From NCBI GenBank assembly GCA_950097015.1, contig CATNEN010000024.1:2666001-2730000 (forward strand): DNA of 64,000 nt, written 5' to 3'. The translations under genes were made by a program, and so were the position numbers. Source of the stretch: Macrostomum hystrix. Lineage: Eukaryota; Animalia; Platyhelminthes. Every line of letters starts with the position of its first letter. Within the stretch, counting starts at the first letter, position 1. Shown in pieces: positions 25,683 through 38,400 of the stretch. Under the pieces are notes generated by a model that did no database searches, was not told the DNA's origin, and saw only the letters and a list, made by a program, of their open reading frames with translations.

Positions 25683-26177
25683 CAATTACCAAAAAACGTC
25701 AGCGATTCCCGAAAATTTAGGGATCTAAAGTATCTGACGATGTTCTTATTTGATCACAGTGATTAGTTACAATGTCTAAGGCACACTGTTGATAAGCAGA
25801 TCCAAGGCTACACTGTAATGCATAATTTATCCCACCCCAAAGATGCTAGAGTGAGTCATTCAAAAATTATTCCCTCCTAAACTGAACCCTTGGCCCAACC
25901 CAGGCTTACGCAGCGTACTCTGCCAAGCCTTGCTGTCCAATAGCAATTTGTCTGGGTAAGAAAATTATATTTTTAGAGTTAAAAATAGGGCAATGAACAT
26001 GCACGCACAAGGGGAGTGTTCTGTTTCTCAACGATCGAGATTCTGACAGTCAAATCTAGTCTTTAAACTAGAGATATTGACAACGATTAAAATAACAGCA
26101 TTAATTCAATTACTGAGAGTTGTTGACAACTGCGCTAAGTTGTCATTTTTTTAATTGAAACAGTCGTCTAGGCCTCA

Positions 26178-29100
26178 ATGTCTCCCGGTAGAGTCTACCA
26201 GTCACCGAATGGTGGCTGGGGCTGGGTAGTCGTTGCCTCAGCATTCTGCGTCCACCTGGTCATCGACGGCATCACCTACGCGTTCGGCGTGCTGGCAGCT
26301 GAACTTGTTGAAGAGCTGCAGGTGAGCTATGGTCAGGGGAATGGGTTTGGGATTGGTAGATTGATAGGTGGAGTAATGACTGACATCCTGATGGACAAGT
26401 GAGGTCACGATTGACATCCTGATGGACAGGTGAGGTCACGATTGACATCCTGTTGGACAGGTGGGGTAATGATTGACATCCTGATGGACAGGTGAGGTAA
26501 TAATTGACATCCTGATGGACAGGTGCAGGGGTAATGATTGACATCCTGATGGACAGGTGGGTAACGATTGACATCCTGATGGACAGGTGGGGTAACAATC
26601 AAGATTCTGATGGACAGGTGGGGTAACGATTGACATCTTGATGGATATGTGATGTAATAACTGACATTCTGATGTACAGTTGGGGCAACGATTGGCATTC
26701 TGATGGACAGGTGGGGTAATGATTGACATCTTGATGGACAGGCGGGATAATTATCGACATCTTGATGAACAGGTGGATCGTAATGATCAACATCTTGATG
26801 GACAGATGGGGTAATGATTGACATCCTGATGGACAGTTGGGGTAATGATTGACATCCTGATGGACAGGTGGGGTAATGATTGACATCCTGATGGACAGGT
26901 GGGGTAATGATTGACATCCTGATGGACAGGTAGGGTAACAATCAAGATTCTGATGGACAGGTGGGGTAACAATTGACATCTTGATGGATATGTGATGTAA
27001 TAACTGACATTCTGATGGACAGTTGGGGCAACGATTGGCATTCTGATGGACAGGTGGGGTAATGATCAACATCTTGATGGACAGGTGGAGTAAGGATTGA
27101 CATCTTGATGGACAGGCGGGATAATTATCGACATCTTGATGAACAGGTGGATCGTAATGATCAACATCTTGATGGACAGGTGGGGTAATGATTGGCGTCC
27201 TGATAGACAGGTGGGGTAATGATCAACATCTTGATGGACAGGTGGGGTAATGATTGACATCCTGATGGACAGGTTGGGTAATTATTGACATCCTGATGGA
27301 CAGGTGGGGTAATGATTGACATCCTGATGGACAGGTGAGGTAATGATTGACATCCTGATGGACAGGTGCAGGGGTAATGATTGACATCCTGATGGACAGG
27401 TGGGTAACGATTGACATCCTGATGGACAAGTGGGGTAACAATCAAGATTCTGATGGACAGGTGGGGTAATGATCAACATCTTGATGGACAGGTGGGGTAA
27501 TGATTGACATCCTGATGGACAGGTGGGGTAATGATTGACATCCTGATGGACAGGTGGGGTAATGATTGACATCCTGATGGACAGGTGGGGTAATGATTGA
27601 CATCCTGATGGACAGGTGGGGTAACGATTGACATCCTGAATGACAGGCGGGTGTGGTTTGAATCCCCACCCGGCAGGCATCAAGACAGCTGGCAGGTTGG
27701 ATCACATCAATCATGGTGGGCATCACCCTGGGCGCCGGGCCGGTGGCCAGCGTGGCCAGCACGAAATTCGGCAATCGGCCGGTGGCCATGACCGGAGCCG
27801 TGATTGGCAGCATCGGATTCGCCGTGTCCTACTTTGCCACCGAGGCCTGGATGCTTGTCATTACCATCGGCTGTCTGGTTGGTGAGTTTCAGGACAGGCA
27901 TTCCATCATTTACTGCCCAACGAAATGTGATTGCAAAATGAGGGAAAAATAAATCTGCAGGACTCGGCATGAGTTTGATTTACCTACCAACAATTGTTAC
28001 TGTTGGAATCTACTTCACGACGCTTCGATCCACAGCACTGGGCATTGCCGTGTGTGGCTCTGGATTCGGTAAGTTTTAATTTAGGAATTAAAATCCTTTT
28101 TGGAGACGGTTGGACACTACTTTGATCGAAAGAAAATAAGGAATGAGGTGGGTGTCGGAGTGAGGTGGGTGTAGGAGTGAGGTGGGTGTAGGAGTGAGGT
28201 GGGTGTCGGAGTGAGGTGGCTGTCGAAGTGAGGTGGGTGTCGGAGTGAGGTAGATGTTGTAGTGACCTACATCTGACTGCTTGAATTGTTTCGCCGTCCT
28301 CGCAGGTACATTCATTTTTAGCCCTTTTATCAGCTTCCTGATTCAGAAGTACACGTGGCGCGGCACAATGCTAATTTTGTCGGCCATACTGCTGCACTGC
28401 GCCCTGTTCGGCTCAATGTTCCGGCCGTTGCCGTTCATACTGGTGCCAGACTCGGATATTAAACGGAAGGGAGTTAATCAGGACGCCAAAAAGAAGGCAG
28501 AGCTGCAACCCGACGGCCTGACGGCGCAGGCGGGTCCGGAGCAGCAGCGACTGCTGGATAAAAAAGAGTTGACGGTGGAGCTGACGATGAACCAGGGCGG
28601 CTTGAACAAGCGCTCCGGGCGGGGCATCCGCGCGATACGCGCCGGCCGATCCGGCGGCGGCGGCGGCGGAGGTGGCGATCGGGACTTTCTGTCTGTGCAG
28701 GACATGTCGCGCCAGAAGCAATCGGTTCGTCGATCCGGCAGCGTCGGCCTCGAGGAGCAGCCGAAGATCGACGCCGCGTTGGCGGCGATGGCGCACGACA
28801 TCCAGCTGACGCACGTGACTAGGCCAGTGCACTTCATCCGCAGCATCACCAGCATCGCCACCCTGCGCGACGAGGAAACTGGCGAGGCGGCCGGCGTGGA
28901 AGCCGAGGCCAAATCGCTGCGCGCCGTCATCCGGCAGGAGCTGGCAGGCCTGATGAACGTCTCACTGCTGAAGGACGTGTCCTTCGTGCTGTTCCTCATC
29001 TCCAACCTGCTGGGCAGCATCGGGTTCAACGCGCCGTTTCTGTTTGTGCCCGACAGAGCCCAGCAAGCCGGAATCTCCAAGACGCACAGCTCCCTGCTGG

Positions 29101-31989
29101 TGTCCGTGATCGGCATCTCCAACATGGTCGGCAGGGTGACCTTCGGCTTCCTGTCCGACCGGAAGTGGGTTGACAAGCTCATGCTGTACAACTCTGCCTT
29201 GACCATCGCTGGCACTGTGCTGGTGTTCAGCTTCCTGAGCAACGCGTACTGGTTCATGGCCACCTACTGCGCATTGTTCGGCATCTTCATTGGTGAGACC
29301 AGCTGGCTGAGGTGGGTGGGGTGAGTGGCAAAGCGGTTAACGCGTTTGCCTCTCGCGCCATGTTCCCTGAGCTCGATTCCGCGGCGAGGCCACATTCATT
29401 TGGGGCGCAGTCGCGGAGAGAAGGCTTGGTGGCTTGTCGTGCAATTTAGCCCCTTGAGGGCCAACCTCCAAGGTACAGTGAGCGTGTACACTGCCTGACG
29501 ATGAGAAAGTCAGGGCAGATGTACACACCTGTGTGCGTGTGTGCTCAGGAGTCAGCGAAATTGACTCCTCGCTGGCTGCGGGTCAAGTGTCACAATACGC
29601 TCGTATGATGTGCCATTGCCCACAGCCCTCCTGAAATGATTATTATTATGATCCTGTCTATTTTATTTCCTTTTTACTATCGAAGTAAAGATCGAGAGCC
29701 CCCAATCCTGTCGCTCTTGCCACTTAGTTGAAAGATCCAGCCTTTTATTAACAGTAGAACTGACCATTTTTTGCTGCACCCGAACGGAACAATGCAAGCA
29801 CACGAAACTCAAGAACACGGGCCAACTTTTTGTTGCGCATCTTCTGAAACAAGAACCAAGTCGCCAGCTCTTCAGACCGTCGAGATATTCAATGTTTCTG
29901 GTCGAAGGTCCGATTTTTCCCATAAGAGCTAGTGTATTTCATACACCCCTATACACGAATTTGCACTGCGCCTCAGTGCGGCCTTGCCAGGCCTTCAAAA
30001 TTGATCAGCATGTCACCCGAATGTGCTTGCATCATCTCCGTCTTCGGTGGTCACCTACCTTCATCTAGACGGAGCAGCTGGACCTTAAACAAGTAATAGT
30101 TGAGTTCAGGCCAATATCGAGGCTTTATTAGAGAAAGTTGAAAAATTCGCTTTAGGGACTCCATAGTCGGCTGGTGCCACTTGTTGAAGGTCCAGCTGCT
30201 CCGTCTAGATAAAGGTAGGTGACCACCGAAGACGGAGATGATGCAGGCACATTCGGGTGACATGCTGATCAATTTTGAAGGCCTGGCAAGGCCGCACTGA
30301 GGCGCAGTGCAAATTCGTGTATAGGGGTGTATGAAATACACTAGCTCTTATGGGAAAAATCGGACCTTCGGCCAGAAACATTGAATATCTCGACGGTCTG
30401 AAGAGCTGGCGACTTGGTTCTTGTTTCAGAAGATGCGCAACAAAAAGTTGGCCCGTGTTCTTGAGTTTCGTGTGCTTGCATTGTTCCGTTCGGGTGCAGC
30501 AAAAAAATTGTCTGGGGGGGGGGAATTTCCCCTCTTGGTATAAAAACGGGCGGCAAAATGGCTTGGTAGTCCTACTGCTAAGTGTAGCATGCCTTATTTC
30601 ACCTAGCTTAAGCGTGGATCAGATAACTGTGACAGTTTACTATTGTAAACATCACCCGAATTGAAGTGCCAGCAGATTTCAGATTTCTCTAGGACAGTGA
30701 TTTGTTATAACTGAAATAGCGCAAAGGCCACATGAAAAGTTTTTAGTCTACTTTATACACAATACTTTAGCATTGATGCTCTCTAATGCCCCACCCAAGG
30801 TACATACGTCACCCTCACATCGCCTGTGCTGGTGGATCTGCTGGGGCTGGAGAAGCTGAGCGACTCCTTCGGCCTGACCCTGCTGTTCCAGGGCATCGGG
30901 GTGCTGGTGGGACCGCCCATTGCGGGTGAGTGCAATGCCGCTTTGGGGTAGACAGACACAATAGTAGAATTACAGACGGGATAGTAAGATAAAGGCAGTT
31001 GAAAAAGTGAATAAAAAGTGGTGGAAAGACAACTGAGTAGACAGACAGACGGGTAGAAAGACAGGGGTATAATAGAAAAACAGGAAGGGCAGAAAGACAG
31101 AGGAGGATGGAAAGACAGAGGGGATAGAAAGACAGAGGAGGATAGAAAGACAGAGGAGGATAGAAAGACAGAGGGGTAGAAAGACAGAGGAGGATAGAAA
31201 GACAGAGGAGGATAGAAAGACAGAGGAGGATAGAAAGACAGAGGGGTAGAAATACAGAGGGGATAGAAAGACAGAGGGATAGAAAGACAGAGGAGGATAG
31301 AAAGACAGAGGGGATAGAAAGACAGAGGAGGATAGAAAGACAGAGGAGGATAGAAAGACAGAGGGGATAGAAAGACAGAGGAGGATAGAAAGACAGAGGA
31401 GGATAGAAAGACAGAGGGGTAGAAAGACAGAGGAGGATAGAAAGACAGAGGAGGATAGAAAGACAGAGGAGGATAGAAAGACAGAGGGGTAGAAAGACAG
31501 AGGGGATAGAAAGACAGAGGAGGATAGAAAGACAGAGGAGGATAGAAAGACAGAGGGGGATAGAAAGACAGAGGAGGATAGAAAGACAGAGGGGTAGAAA
31601 GACAGAGGAGGATAGAAAGACAGAGGGTGATGGAAAGACAGAGGGGATAGAAAGACAGAGTGGGATAGAAAGACAGTGGGGTAGAAAGACAGGTAGGATG
31701 GAAAGGCAGTGGAGGTAGAGAGACAACACCTGATAGGTGTTTTACGTTAAAAAATCTACCCTTATAAAGCGTTACTTTATAACACACTGAAAATGCACAT
31801 TGCCTCAACATTTTAGGTTTCTTATTCGACTCTACCCTGTCATTCGACATACCGTTCATTGTGTGCGGCGTCTGCGTCCTGATCAGCGGCCTGATGCTGT
31901 ACCCGGTGCCCTGCGTGCTCCGTTGGCAGTACCCGGAAGAGAAAAACGACTGGAACTCCTTAGAGATGGAGAAAGATGCCGAGAAATAA
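26178..31989 (+). CDS. Monocarboxylate transporter family (SLC16/MCT, MFS), 6 coding exons, 580 aa
   Basis: Exons 26178-26321, 27677-27881, 27961-28068, 28306-29292, 30800-30925 and 31817-31989; phase-consistent, 1743 nt. The TM1 motif PNGGWGWVVV is present, along with YFTTLRSTALGIAVCGSGFG, GISNMVGRVTFGFLSD and LVGPPIAG, and a large cytoplasmic loop between TM6 and TM7. Confidence 0.92.
26375..27640. repeat. 31-bp minisatellite, MCT intron 1
   Basis: Unit GATGGACAGGTGGGGTAATGATTGACATCCT, with block duplications (ACAATCAAGATTCTG variant at about 26596, 26938 and 27438). Confidence 0.95.
28140..28250. repeat. 20-bp tandem repeat, MCT intron 3
   Basis: GGAGTGAGGTGGGTGT-containing unit, about 5 copies. 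Confidence 0.8.
29320..29650 (+). mobile_element. tRNA-derived SINE family C
   Basis: Head GGTTAACGCGTTTGCCTCTCGC...GAGCTCGATTCCGC. Colinear with the reverse-strand copy at 43895-44190, ending in an (ATT)n-like tail. Confidence 0.75.
29752..30577. mobile_element. Foldback-type non-autonomous TIR element (CAGTAG family), MCT intron 4
   Basis: Ends are CAGTAGAACT... and ...GGTAGTCCTACTG. Arms 29762-30094 and 30179-30512 are near-perfect reverse complements, separated by an 84-bp spacer. Confidence 0.85.
31030..31700. repeat. 17-18-bp purine-rich minisatellite, MCT intron 5
   Basis: Unit GATAGAAAGACAGAGGAG. Confidence 0.93.
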
Positions 31990-33297
31990 ACTTTTTTAAT
32001 TGTGCGAAATTCAAAGCCTGATTTGCCAATACGCCTTTTTTAATTGGGTGCAATTAACAGTCTATTTTTAGTCGCAGCAATACTAATCTTTGCTTTTGCT
32101 TCAAAAGTGCATGTGCACTAGAACATGTTAGCGCCAGCTTAAATGGACTTCGAAATATTTCCAGGAATAAGAGACATTCTTTTCAAGTTAGTAGTAGCTG
32201 TTAAAAGGGGATCTGTATTAGAAATTCTGGGATCTGAATACCTGCTTTCCTAGAAATACTCAGACACGAAACTTAACTCGTTTCCAAGAAACGCTAAAAC
32301 CTAATGATCTATTTTCTGAGAAAAACTTGGGCCTGAAGATTCACTTTCCTAGAAAAATAGCTGTATTTCTAGGAAAGAACCCGAATTACCTTATCTCCCT
32401 TAAAATCCCATTTAAAAAATAAATTATAAGTGAAGACCTATCTCGAAATAGCTAAGTTTTGATAAAGCTAGATACCCCACTTTACGTAGAAATAACCCGT
32501 AGATGAAAACCTGTTTTAATAGTGTGCTGAAAACCCTCGTTATTTTAGAATTATTACACATTTCAAGGTTCATGCATTGCTGCAATTAAGCATTAAAGTA
32601 GAAATACATCAACCCAAATATTCGTGTTCATATCTTAATATGCTTGCCTTCATTCGTTTATTCGTTAACATTAAATCAACATTTTAAGGAAGTTACTGTA
32701 TACTTGGTTTAATGGCTTTCGCTGTTTGCGTTAAACCCATGTATTATCTTTATTGTGCGACAGGCGAAACAAGAAAAATAAGAAAAAATATTTATAAGCG
32801 ATCTATTTCGTTTTAATGCTTTTGATTTTTTGTTTACAGCGCAGTCAAAGGAGAAAACTGAGTTTGCGCTTTGTACTTTTAAACGCAAACAGTTGGAAAA
32901 AAAGCTAACTACAAATGTAGTTATTAAAGTGAATCAGTTTACGACTCTAACTTTGGGGTGTGTTTGAGAGGCATTGTATCTAAGCTAAGCATTTTCTAAG
33001 GTCACGTGACTGTAATTCTGTCTGCACCACTATCTACTAGTATAGATAAAAAGAAAAAACATTCACACAGATGGCAGAGTGGGTCACGCAAAGATTGTAT
33101 AAATTAAGCTATTGTGAACATGCGATTAGAACTTATTATAAACGGATGACCCGGAAAATGGTGTGATGCTTTAGATTAGATCTGGTTGGAGCCACTGTGA
33201 ATGCAGCCAATTTTAAGAAAATTAAGAAAACATAAAATGTGAAGCCTTGGTCTATGTTTGCTATGAGACGCAGCGGGCGATATGAACTGGCGCATCG

Positions 33298-33935
33298 ATT
33301 GGGCAGAGCGGTGAGGGAGAGAAGGGGCAGAGCGGTGAGGGAGAGAAGGGGCAGAGCGGTGAGGGAGAGAAGGGGCAGAGCAGTGAGGGAGAGAAGGGGC
33401 AGAGCAGTGAGGGAGAGAAGGGGCAGAGCGGTGAGGGAGAGAAGGGGCAGAGCAGTGAGGGAGAGAAGGGGCAGAGCAGTGAGGGAGAGAAGGGGCAGAG
33501 CAGTGAGGGAGAGAAGGGGCAGAGCAGTGAGGGAGAGAAGGGGCAGAGCGGTGAGGGAGAGAAGGGGCAGAGCAGTGAGGGAGAGAAGGGGCAGAGCAGT
33601 GAGGGAGAGAAGGGGCAGAGCAGTGAGGGAGAGAAGGGGCAGAGCAGTGAGGGAGAGAAGGGGCAGAGCGGTGAGGGAGAGAAGGGGCAGAGCAGTGAGG
33701 GAGAGAAGGGGCAGAGCAGTGAGGGAGAGAAGGGGCAGAGCAGTGAGGGAGAGAAGGGGCAGAGCAGTGAGGGAGAGAAGGGGCAGAGCGGTGAGGGAGA
33801 GAAGAGCAGAGCGGTGAGGGAGAGAAGGGGCAGAGCGGTGAGGGAGAGAAGGGGCAGAGCGGTGGGGGAGAGAAGGGGCAGAGAGGTGAGGGAGAGAAGG
33901 GGCAGAGCGGTGAGGGAGAGAAGGGGCAGAGCGGG
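33298..33935. repeat. 24-bp purine-rich minisatellite with a 120-bp higher-order period
   Basis: Unit GGGCAGAGC(A/G)GTGAGGGAGAGAAG; the G variant recurs every fifth unit (33301, 33421, 33541, 33661, 33781). Confidence 0.95.
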
Positions 33936-34706
33936 TGGGAGATGCATAAAGAATATGTGAGAATGTAGGCAAGGGGAACCAGTGAAAGGACAATGTAGGC
34001 AAGGGGGAATGTATTGCGAATTTTACCCCGCGTATTATCAGATTTTCAAATGTAAATAAGAGCAAAATAAACGCAGTGCCAAGTTAAAACAGACAACCGT
34101 TAAAAACAGGTTACACAGCGCAAAGTTTCAAGAGCCAAGTAACGTAATTATTTTATGACTTCAAAATTGTTTAGCCTTGTAAAATGGAAATAATTTATCT
34201 ATTGTCTGATATTAAGTAATAGATAATAAATGAAGGGCTTGTAAAATGCCACCTTTGGCCCCTGGTCCATTTCTGTCAAGCCACGCAAGAGAGGTCACAC
34301 TGATAGCTAGTCTGCCATTTAGCCAGAAAGGGTCGACTTTTGATAGGTTTGACTGAAAAATGTGTGAAAAAGTATCTGTCAGTCAATGATTAAATGTCTA
34401 GAGTAGTAACTTGGGCTGTGCCAATTACGAGCTAGATTTTTAAATGCGTCACAGAGAAGATTAAAACCCGATACACAATGGAAATTATATCTACGTCTTT
34501 GATATGAAGACAGCCTGAGAATTAGTTTTCTGAAACAAAAAAAAAATTCAAGAATGCCACTTATAATTTTTTACTGACCTCGATTGTACGATCTACTAAA
34601 ATAAATTGAGTTGATTTGAACAATTTAAAACGCACACAAATTATGCAGAATACTAAAATGGTCCTACTATTAGTAGTGAGGGGCACCCACTAGTGCCTCT
34701 TAGAAG

Positions 34707-34707
34707 T

Positions 34708-34773
<66 letters not shown>

Positions 34774-34832
34774 CTAGTAGTATTAGTAGTAGTAGTAGTA
34801 CTAGTAGTAGTAGTAGTAGTACTAGTAGTAGT

Positions 34833-34864
<32 letters not shown>

Positions 34865-34893
34865 CTAGTAGTAGCGGTAGTACTAGTAGTAGT

Positions 34894-34928
<35 letters not shown>

Positions 34929-34977
34929 CTAGTAGTAGCGGTAGTACAAGTAGTAGTTAGTAGTTGTAGTAGTAGTG

Positions 34978-35008
<31 letters not shown>

Positions 35009-35105
35009 TAGTACTAGTAGTAGTAGTAGTAGTAGTACTAGTAGTAGCGGTAGTACTAGTAGTAGTTAGTAGTTGTAGTAGTAGTGGTAGTAGTAGTAAT
35101 AGTAA
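34707..35105. repeat. (TAG)n microsatellite
   Basis: Interrupted TAG/AGT trinucleotide run. Confidence 0.95.
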
Positions 35106-35457
35106 TAGATAAAAATTATTAATTACTTATTAGATAACCAAAATAGTGGACTCAATCAAGCGAGTACTCTTGGACGTGACGCGTGACAGCTGAGCCAATA
35201 GCGACACATCCTTGCATTGGTAGCCAATGAAAACGGTCGCCTCATACCTCAAGGTCGTACTCATAAATTGGATGCGATAAAACAAATAAAAGTGTATGCA
35301 TAATGTAATTTAATGAAAGCTAACGCATTAAAATAGCCGATGAATTCATAATTCACAATTCATAAAGCAGCTGATGAATTGACCAGCTACCTAAACTAAC
35401 GAGAATGAGATGACGCGAAAAATTGCTAATCCCAATAGCCAATCCCGAATCCCAGCG

Positions 35458-38400
35458 TCAATGCGACGAGGTCGAAGCCGTAGAAATGGCCTCCTCGAGT
35501 ATCTCGCGGTGCTTCCGCAGCCACACCCGGTAGAGCGCGAAGGCCACGTCGCCCGTGACTAGGTCGCCAATGTTTGCCTGCATCATCTTCAACAGGAAGA
35601 CTCCGTCGTGACGAAGGAAGCGACAGACGAAGTCCTTCACCAGGCGCTTGTCAACATCGGCCTGGCGCAGCCGGAGATGTCGCCGGACGAACCGTGTCCG
35701 GCCGTTGCTATTGACAACACGCAGCAGCCAGACCGGCAGCGACAGTGCGGTGATGACGATGCCCGCAGCGATCCAGAACCAAAGGAAGATGTAGATCTTT
35801 TCGTTCAGCATGTTCACAGGCAGGGCACATTGAGCTAGGTAGTTCTGAGAGCCGCCTGCCATTGTCGAGAGATACAGTTGAGATGTCAGAGTTTATGCCC
35901 GGAAAATCGACCGTCACACCTGTTACTCTAGTCTATGGTCATGGAAATGAATTGCCAAACCTGTTACTCAAGGTCTATAGTCATGGAAATGAAATGCTAC
36001 ACCTGTTGCTCTAGTCTATGGTCGTGGAAATGAATTGCTACACCTGTTACTCTAGTCTATGGTCATGGAAATGAATGCCAAACCTGTTACTCAAGGTCTA
36101 TAGTCATGGAAATGAAATGCTACACCTGTTACTCTAGTCTATGGTCATGGAAATGAATGCCAAACCTGTTACTCAAGGTCTATAGTCATGGAAATGAAAT
36201 GCTACACCTGTTACTATAGTCTATGGTCATGGAAATGAATTGCTACACCTGTTACTCTAGTCTATGGTCGCGGTAATGAATTGCTACACCTGTTACTGTA
36301 GGTATATGGTCAGACCGCCACACCTCTACGGTCTGGGAAGGTAGTAATAATTTAATAATGATAATTGATTACACCTGCTCCAATTGAGCCAGATGTGCAG
36401 CCGACAGCACAGCCGCAGCTATTGCGCGGCGCATCTGAAGGCTGCTGTTCAGTCCATGGACTTGGGGAACGCCACATCCACCCTCAATTACCCAAGCTAA
36501 TGCTGGTTAAATTGAATTTAACTGCTGGGTGAACTGAAGCGATGCAGAGTTAAGTGTCTTGTTAAAAGACAGACATTGTTCCAGTGAAGTCAGGAATCGA
36601 ACCCCCGACCTTCAAATCGTGAGTCCGACGCTTTAACCACTCTAGGCTACAACCTCAGCACGCACCTAGGATGGCAAACTTGGCCCGGCAGAAGGCAACG
36701 CGCGGAAACACCATAGTGGATTGCCAGTCCCTGCCAGCGGCAATGCTGGACAGAATCTCGGCGCCGTACATCACTCCGTGATAACTTTCGGAGCCTAGGC
36801 GAAGAAACGACTGCATGAGGTAGATCTGACCGATACCGTTGGCCAGGTACAGCAGCTTCACAAACAGGTAGGCGGCTGTCAGGCCGGAGCTTAGCTTCTT
36901 GCGGATTGACTTGAGTCCGCTGAGGACACTATGCTGGAGACGGGATCTGGGATGAGAAATTGAAAGGGATTTTTCTAGAGGGACGATGCAAGATTAATAC
37001 TTCACCAAATATCCCTGAGATTCAACACTTCAGCGAAGGACTCATCAGATATGTTTCGACTAAAATTCGTGTGCCAAAACTCTTTTGTTTTGATTGGGAT
37101 CTCGTCTAAATTGATTCAGGTCCTTCAGATTCCCTAAATATCCTTCAGGTCCTTCAGATTCCCTAAATATCCTTCAGGTCCATCAGCTTACCTAAATATC
37201 CTTCAGGTCCTTCAGCTTCCAATAATATCCTTCAGGTCCATCAGCTTACCTAAATATCCTTCAGGTCCTTCAGCTTCCAATAATATCCTTCAGGTCCATC
37301 AGCTTACCTAAATATCCTTCAGGTCCTTCAGCTTCCAATAATATCCTTCAGGTCCATCAGCTTACCTAAATATCCTTCAGGTCCTTCAGCTTTCAATAAT
37401 ATCCTTCAGGTCCTTCAGCTTCCAATAATATCCTTCAGGTCCATCAGCTTCCAATAATATCCTTCAGGTCCTTCAGCTTCCAATAATATCCTTCAGGTCC
37501 ATCAGCTTCCAATAATATCCTTCAGGTCCATCAGCTTACCTAAATATCCTTCAGGTCCTTCAGCTTCCAATAATATCCTTCAGGTCCATCAGCTTACCTA
37601 AATATCCTTCAGGTCCATCAGCTTACCTAAATATCCTTCAGGTCCTTCAGATTCCCTAAATATCCTTCAGGTCCTTCAGCTTCCAATAATATCCTTCAGG
37701 TCCATCAGCTTACCTAAATATCCTTCAGGTCCTTCAGCTTCCAATAATATCCTTCAGGTCCATCAGCTTACCTAAATATCCTTCAGGTCCTTCAGCTTCC
37801 AATAATATCCTTCAGGTCCATCAGCTTACCTAAATATCCTTCAGGTCCTTCAGCTTCCAATAATATCCTTCAGGTCCATCAGCTTACCTAAATATCCTTC
37901 AGGTCCTTCAGCTTCCAATAATATCCTTCAGGTCCATCAGCCTACCTAAATATCCTTCAGGTCCTTCAGCTTCCAATAATATCCTTCAGGTCCATCAGCT
38001 TACCTAAATATCCTTCAGGTCCTTCAGCTTCCAATAATATCCTTCAGGTCCTTCAGCTTTTAATAATATCCTTCAGGTCCTTCAGCTTCCAATAATATCC
38101 TTCAGGTCCTTCAGCTTCCAATAATATCCTTCAGGTCCATCAGCTTCCCTAAAGACCCTTCAGGTCTCCGTACAGGTCTCTCTATAGGTTCTCTATAGGT
38201 CCTTCAGGTCCTGAGCTTCAGCAAAGAATCTTCAGGGTTGCTGTTTTTGGAGAACAGTTTTCGCAGCTTTTCTTTTAACTTGTTTCCTAAATTTAAACTA
38301 GCCTACTTACAGTAGGATGGTAAAGGTGTTAGCTACCTATTCTCCAGCAGCACGAGCTGCTCTAAGTCGGTAGCAGTCTGTTGAACAACTTTGTCGCGCT

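Noticed and set aside
33001-33010. Perfect GTCACGTGAC (CLEAR/E-box) palindrome
   Set aside because: It is a single motif between convergent 3' ends with no nearby gene start, so there is no functional support.
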